A DNA stretch of 63,303 bases, filler included, from Dimorphilus gyrociliatus (taxonomy: Eukaryota; Animalia; Annelida), in NCBI GenBank assembly GCA_904063045.1. It is 3 parts of 3 records of this genome, joined end to end, with 100 filler letters (N's around TTAATTAATTAA, not from the genome) between each part and the next. Parts side by side here need not be neighbours in the genome. Positions count along the whole stretch, not along the records: positions 47,391 to 63,303 come from CAJFCJ010000227.1; 2 more parts are not named here. One strand, given 5' to 3'. Made by a program: the position numbers and the translations under genes. Below, one piece after another: positions 60,772 to 63,303 of this stretch. The notes beneath the pieces are model-generated. The model was given only the letters and a program-made list of their open reading frames with translations, did not search any database and had not been told where the DNA came from. Positions within the stretch are counted from its first letter, which is position 1; every line of letters starts with the position of its first letter.

Positions 60772-63303
60772 ATGTTTAAAAATATTTTGCATGCTTTGGC
60801 ATTGAACACCTTGATACTTTTATCAAACTTAACAATTTGCGATTGTAATTCGTTTAGAGAAAAACAGTTATTGGTGGAGAAAGTTCTTTTAGATGAGAAA
60901 GAATCAATAAGATTTCAGAGTATTACTACTAGGCTTGTTGATAAAATTCTAAACAGTACGATTCAATGCAGTGATGATAATTCTTTAAGGAAACTTGCTA
61001 TTCAGTGTCATTTGGAAAGGAAATTTATTTATAAACAACTTTCTACTGGTCAGAGCTGGGCTATTCAAAGTAGAAGTTTACATTTTCTAGAAAAAATATC
61101 ATATTAATTTTTCTTGAACATCTTTTTTAGCTGAAGATTCTCATGGAAGAGAATCGTCTGGGAGACTTCAAGACAGAAGTATATGGTATGGAGAATACGA
61201 CCAATGTTACAGTGCTTATAAAAAAGCAAATATTACCGAAGAGCAGGAAGGACTGAAAGGTTTCTATGTATTGATCACAGCAAAAGGAAAAAGACCTGAT
61301 TTTGAAATTAGTGATGAATTTACCACTGGATTTTGTGCATTACCAAAATGTAGATCATTTATGGAAAAAGCTGAAAGATGTAAGTAATCTTTTTCATAAC
61401 ATATTCATGATCTCTCTACAATAAGTTTTTTCAACTAACTTCAACAATAAAGATAAAATCATGAATGAGTCTTGTGAAAAGCAGCTATCGGAAGGTGTAT
61501 TCAAAATGGATAATATAAGAATTCCACTTAGAAACGATGCTTCCGGATTGAGTGGAATGTAAAGAAAAATTATGATTTTAAATTATCATTATTAATTTTA
61601 TTCCCAACAAGCAGATTATTCTTTTCTATATTTATTGCATTGATAATTGGCGGAACGTCTTACGATTACTTTGTTAAAAGAAGGACATTAAGTAAAAAAT
61701 TAGAAAATGTAAACGACAGAAATAATAACAATGATGATAATTTAAAAAAAAGCAAGTATTGTATTATATTTTAATCTCTGTCTCTTATCATTTTTCTTAA
61801 AACTATAGATAAACTTGTTTACATTCTCCTATCATTTTCATGCTTTAACTCTTTACCCGGAATTTTCTCAATGATACATGGAAAAGGTAGTTTCAAGTCA
61901 CTACATGGAATAAGAGGACTGTCAGCAATATACATAGTTTTCTTTCATTGTTTTTCCGAGCAAAATGGCATTGCATGTAAGAAACATAATATATTTTCTG
62001 GGCTTGATAGCAAATGTTGAAATTTATAAATGGGTTTGAAAAAAAAATACGAGGTTAGGGTTTGGGTAAATTGTAATCAAAGGACATTTTCTATATGTGC
62101 CCTATTTCATACGTGCTATAGTTATTTGTTTGTGTACAACAGCAAACATGTTGAGGACCGTGGAAATGCAAACAGAATTTAGATATCAAATAATATATAA
62201 TGGACATTTGTCAGTTGATACTTTTCTAACCCTGTCTGGTTTTCTTGTGACCTATCTATTTATGAAAGACTTGAAAAAAAATAATTACAGAACATCGAAA
62301 AGGAAAATATTTAGATACTTTTTTCATAGAATATGGAGATTATTTCCAATTCTAGCAGCAACTGTTGCTTTGCAAGGTGCAGTCTTGCCAATCTATAAAT
62401 TTGGACCAGGAGTTGTAGAATTGAAAACAATTGGACAAAAGTACATAGATCCTTGCAGGAAAACTTGGTGGAGAAATTTACTATTTATACATAATCTTTT
62501 TCCACAGGATGAGATGGTAATTAGTCAAAGCAAAAATTCATATATTCTGAGTAATCGTAGAGTGTTTTTTGACAGTGTGCCATTTCAACTTGGTATCTAA
62601 GCTGTGACCTACAAATATACTCTGCTCTTGGTATAGGCCTATTCCTTTATGTATTGTAAGATTTACTAAATACAGATTATTATATATATATATATATAAC
62701 ATGTTACATTAATTTCAGGACACCTTTTCTTACTTTTGCTATTTTTGGAATTTTTATTCTTAGCCAGCTAATTGTCACACCTTTATTATTCAGAAATCAT
62801 GTGTAAGTACGGAAATTAAAATGCATTTTAAAGAGTGTATTCAATTACCTTTAAAACATGTCCTACAGAAATTCTGATGGTAGAATTAATTATTTAGAAA
62901 GTTATGATTCTGTCTACTTTAAGCCTTATACTAGGGCTGCTCCGTACGCGATTGGAGCATTTTTGGCTTTCTTTCAACTCAAATATTCAAATTTTAAAAT
63001 CAAAAGTTTATATACAAATATTTGCTGGATTTTAATGTTGGTAGTAATGTTTTTTGCTATGTTTGGAAGAATGTTTGGTTTAACTAGTTATAAAGAAAAC
63101 AAGAGAAATATTGTGACATTATATCACACATTGATTCGTCCTGTTTGGTCAGTATGCATTTGCTGGATAATATGGGCATGTCATAATGGATACGGAGGAT
63201 TAATTAACAAATTCCTTTCAATGAGAATATTTTTACCAGTAAGTAAACTAAGTTTTGGATTTTATATGGTACACGCAAGTCTACTGCATTTTTACAATGG
63301 TGT
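60772..63303 (+). CDS. NRF-6-like protein (NRF domain + acyltransferase-3), multi-exon, 3' end beyond the window
   Basis: Signal peptide; intron 61070-61130; DSHG...WYGEYDQC; LHGIRGLS; SVDTFLTLSGFL; HRIWRL; TWYLSCDLQ; YFKPYTR; SKLSFGFYMVH. Confidence 0.88.

Overview
AT-rich eukaryotic sequence made of three contigs joined by artificial 100-bp spacers (N44-TTAATTAATTAA-N44 at 23009-23108 and 47291-47390). Segment A (1-23008) looks microsporidian: intronless genes, CCC/GGG motifs just before ATGs, a microsporidian-type homeobox gene, a minimal Bet1-like SNARE and a signal-peptide LRR gene. More than half of it is transposons: two Ginger-type TIR integrase elements, two Tc1/IS630 elements, three Merlin/ISXO2 elements plus remnants (nested up to three deep) and a Helitron with both termini. 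Segments B (23109-47290) and C (47391-63303) look like a compact-genome invertebrate with 50-75 bp GT-AG introns, and they share a repeat family. Their genes include RNI-like LRR, an LGR-type GPCR, two orphan GPCRs, a SUEL/PAN lectin and an NRF-6-like acyltransferase. Their mobile DNA includes a MULE nested in a MULE and a tRNA-headed SINE-like element. Highlights: (1) an env-bearing Gypsy-like LTR element with the unusual order integrase, aspartic protease, acidic spacer, class III fusogen-like env; (2) two spliced secreted-peptide precursor genes that the ORF track misses or misreads, one sitting between 1405-bp inverted repeats; (3) putative microsporidian effectors (a SAM-methyltransferase-like fold; BTB/Skp1-like plus LRR); (4) probable host plus parasite co-assembly. 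Family calls come from motif recognition by eye; no searches were run.
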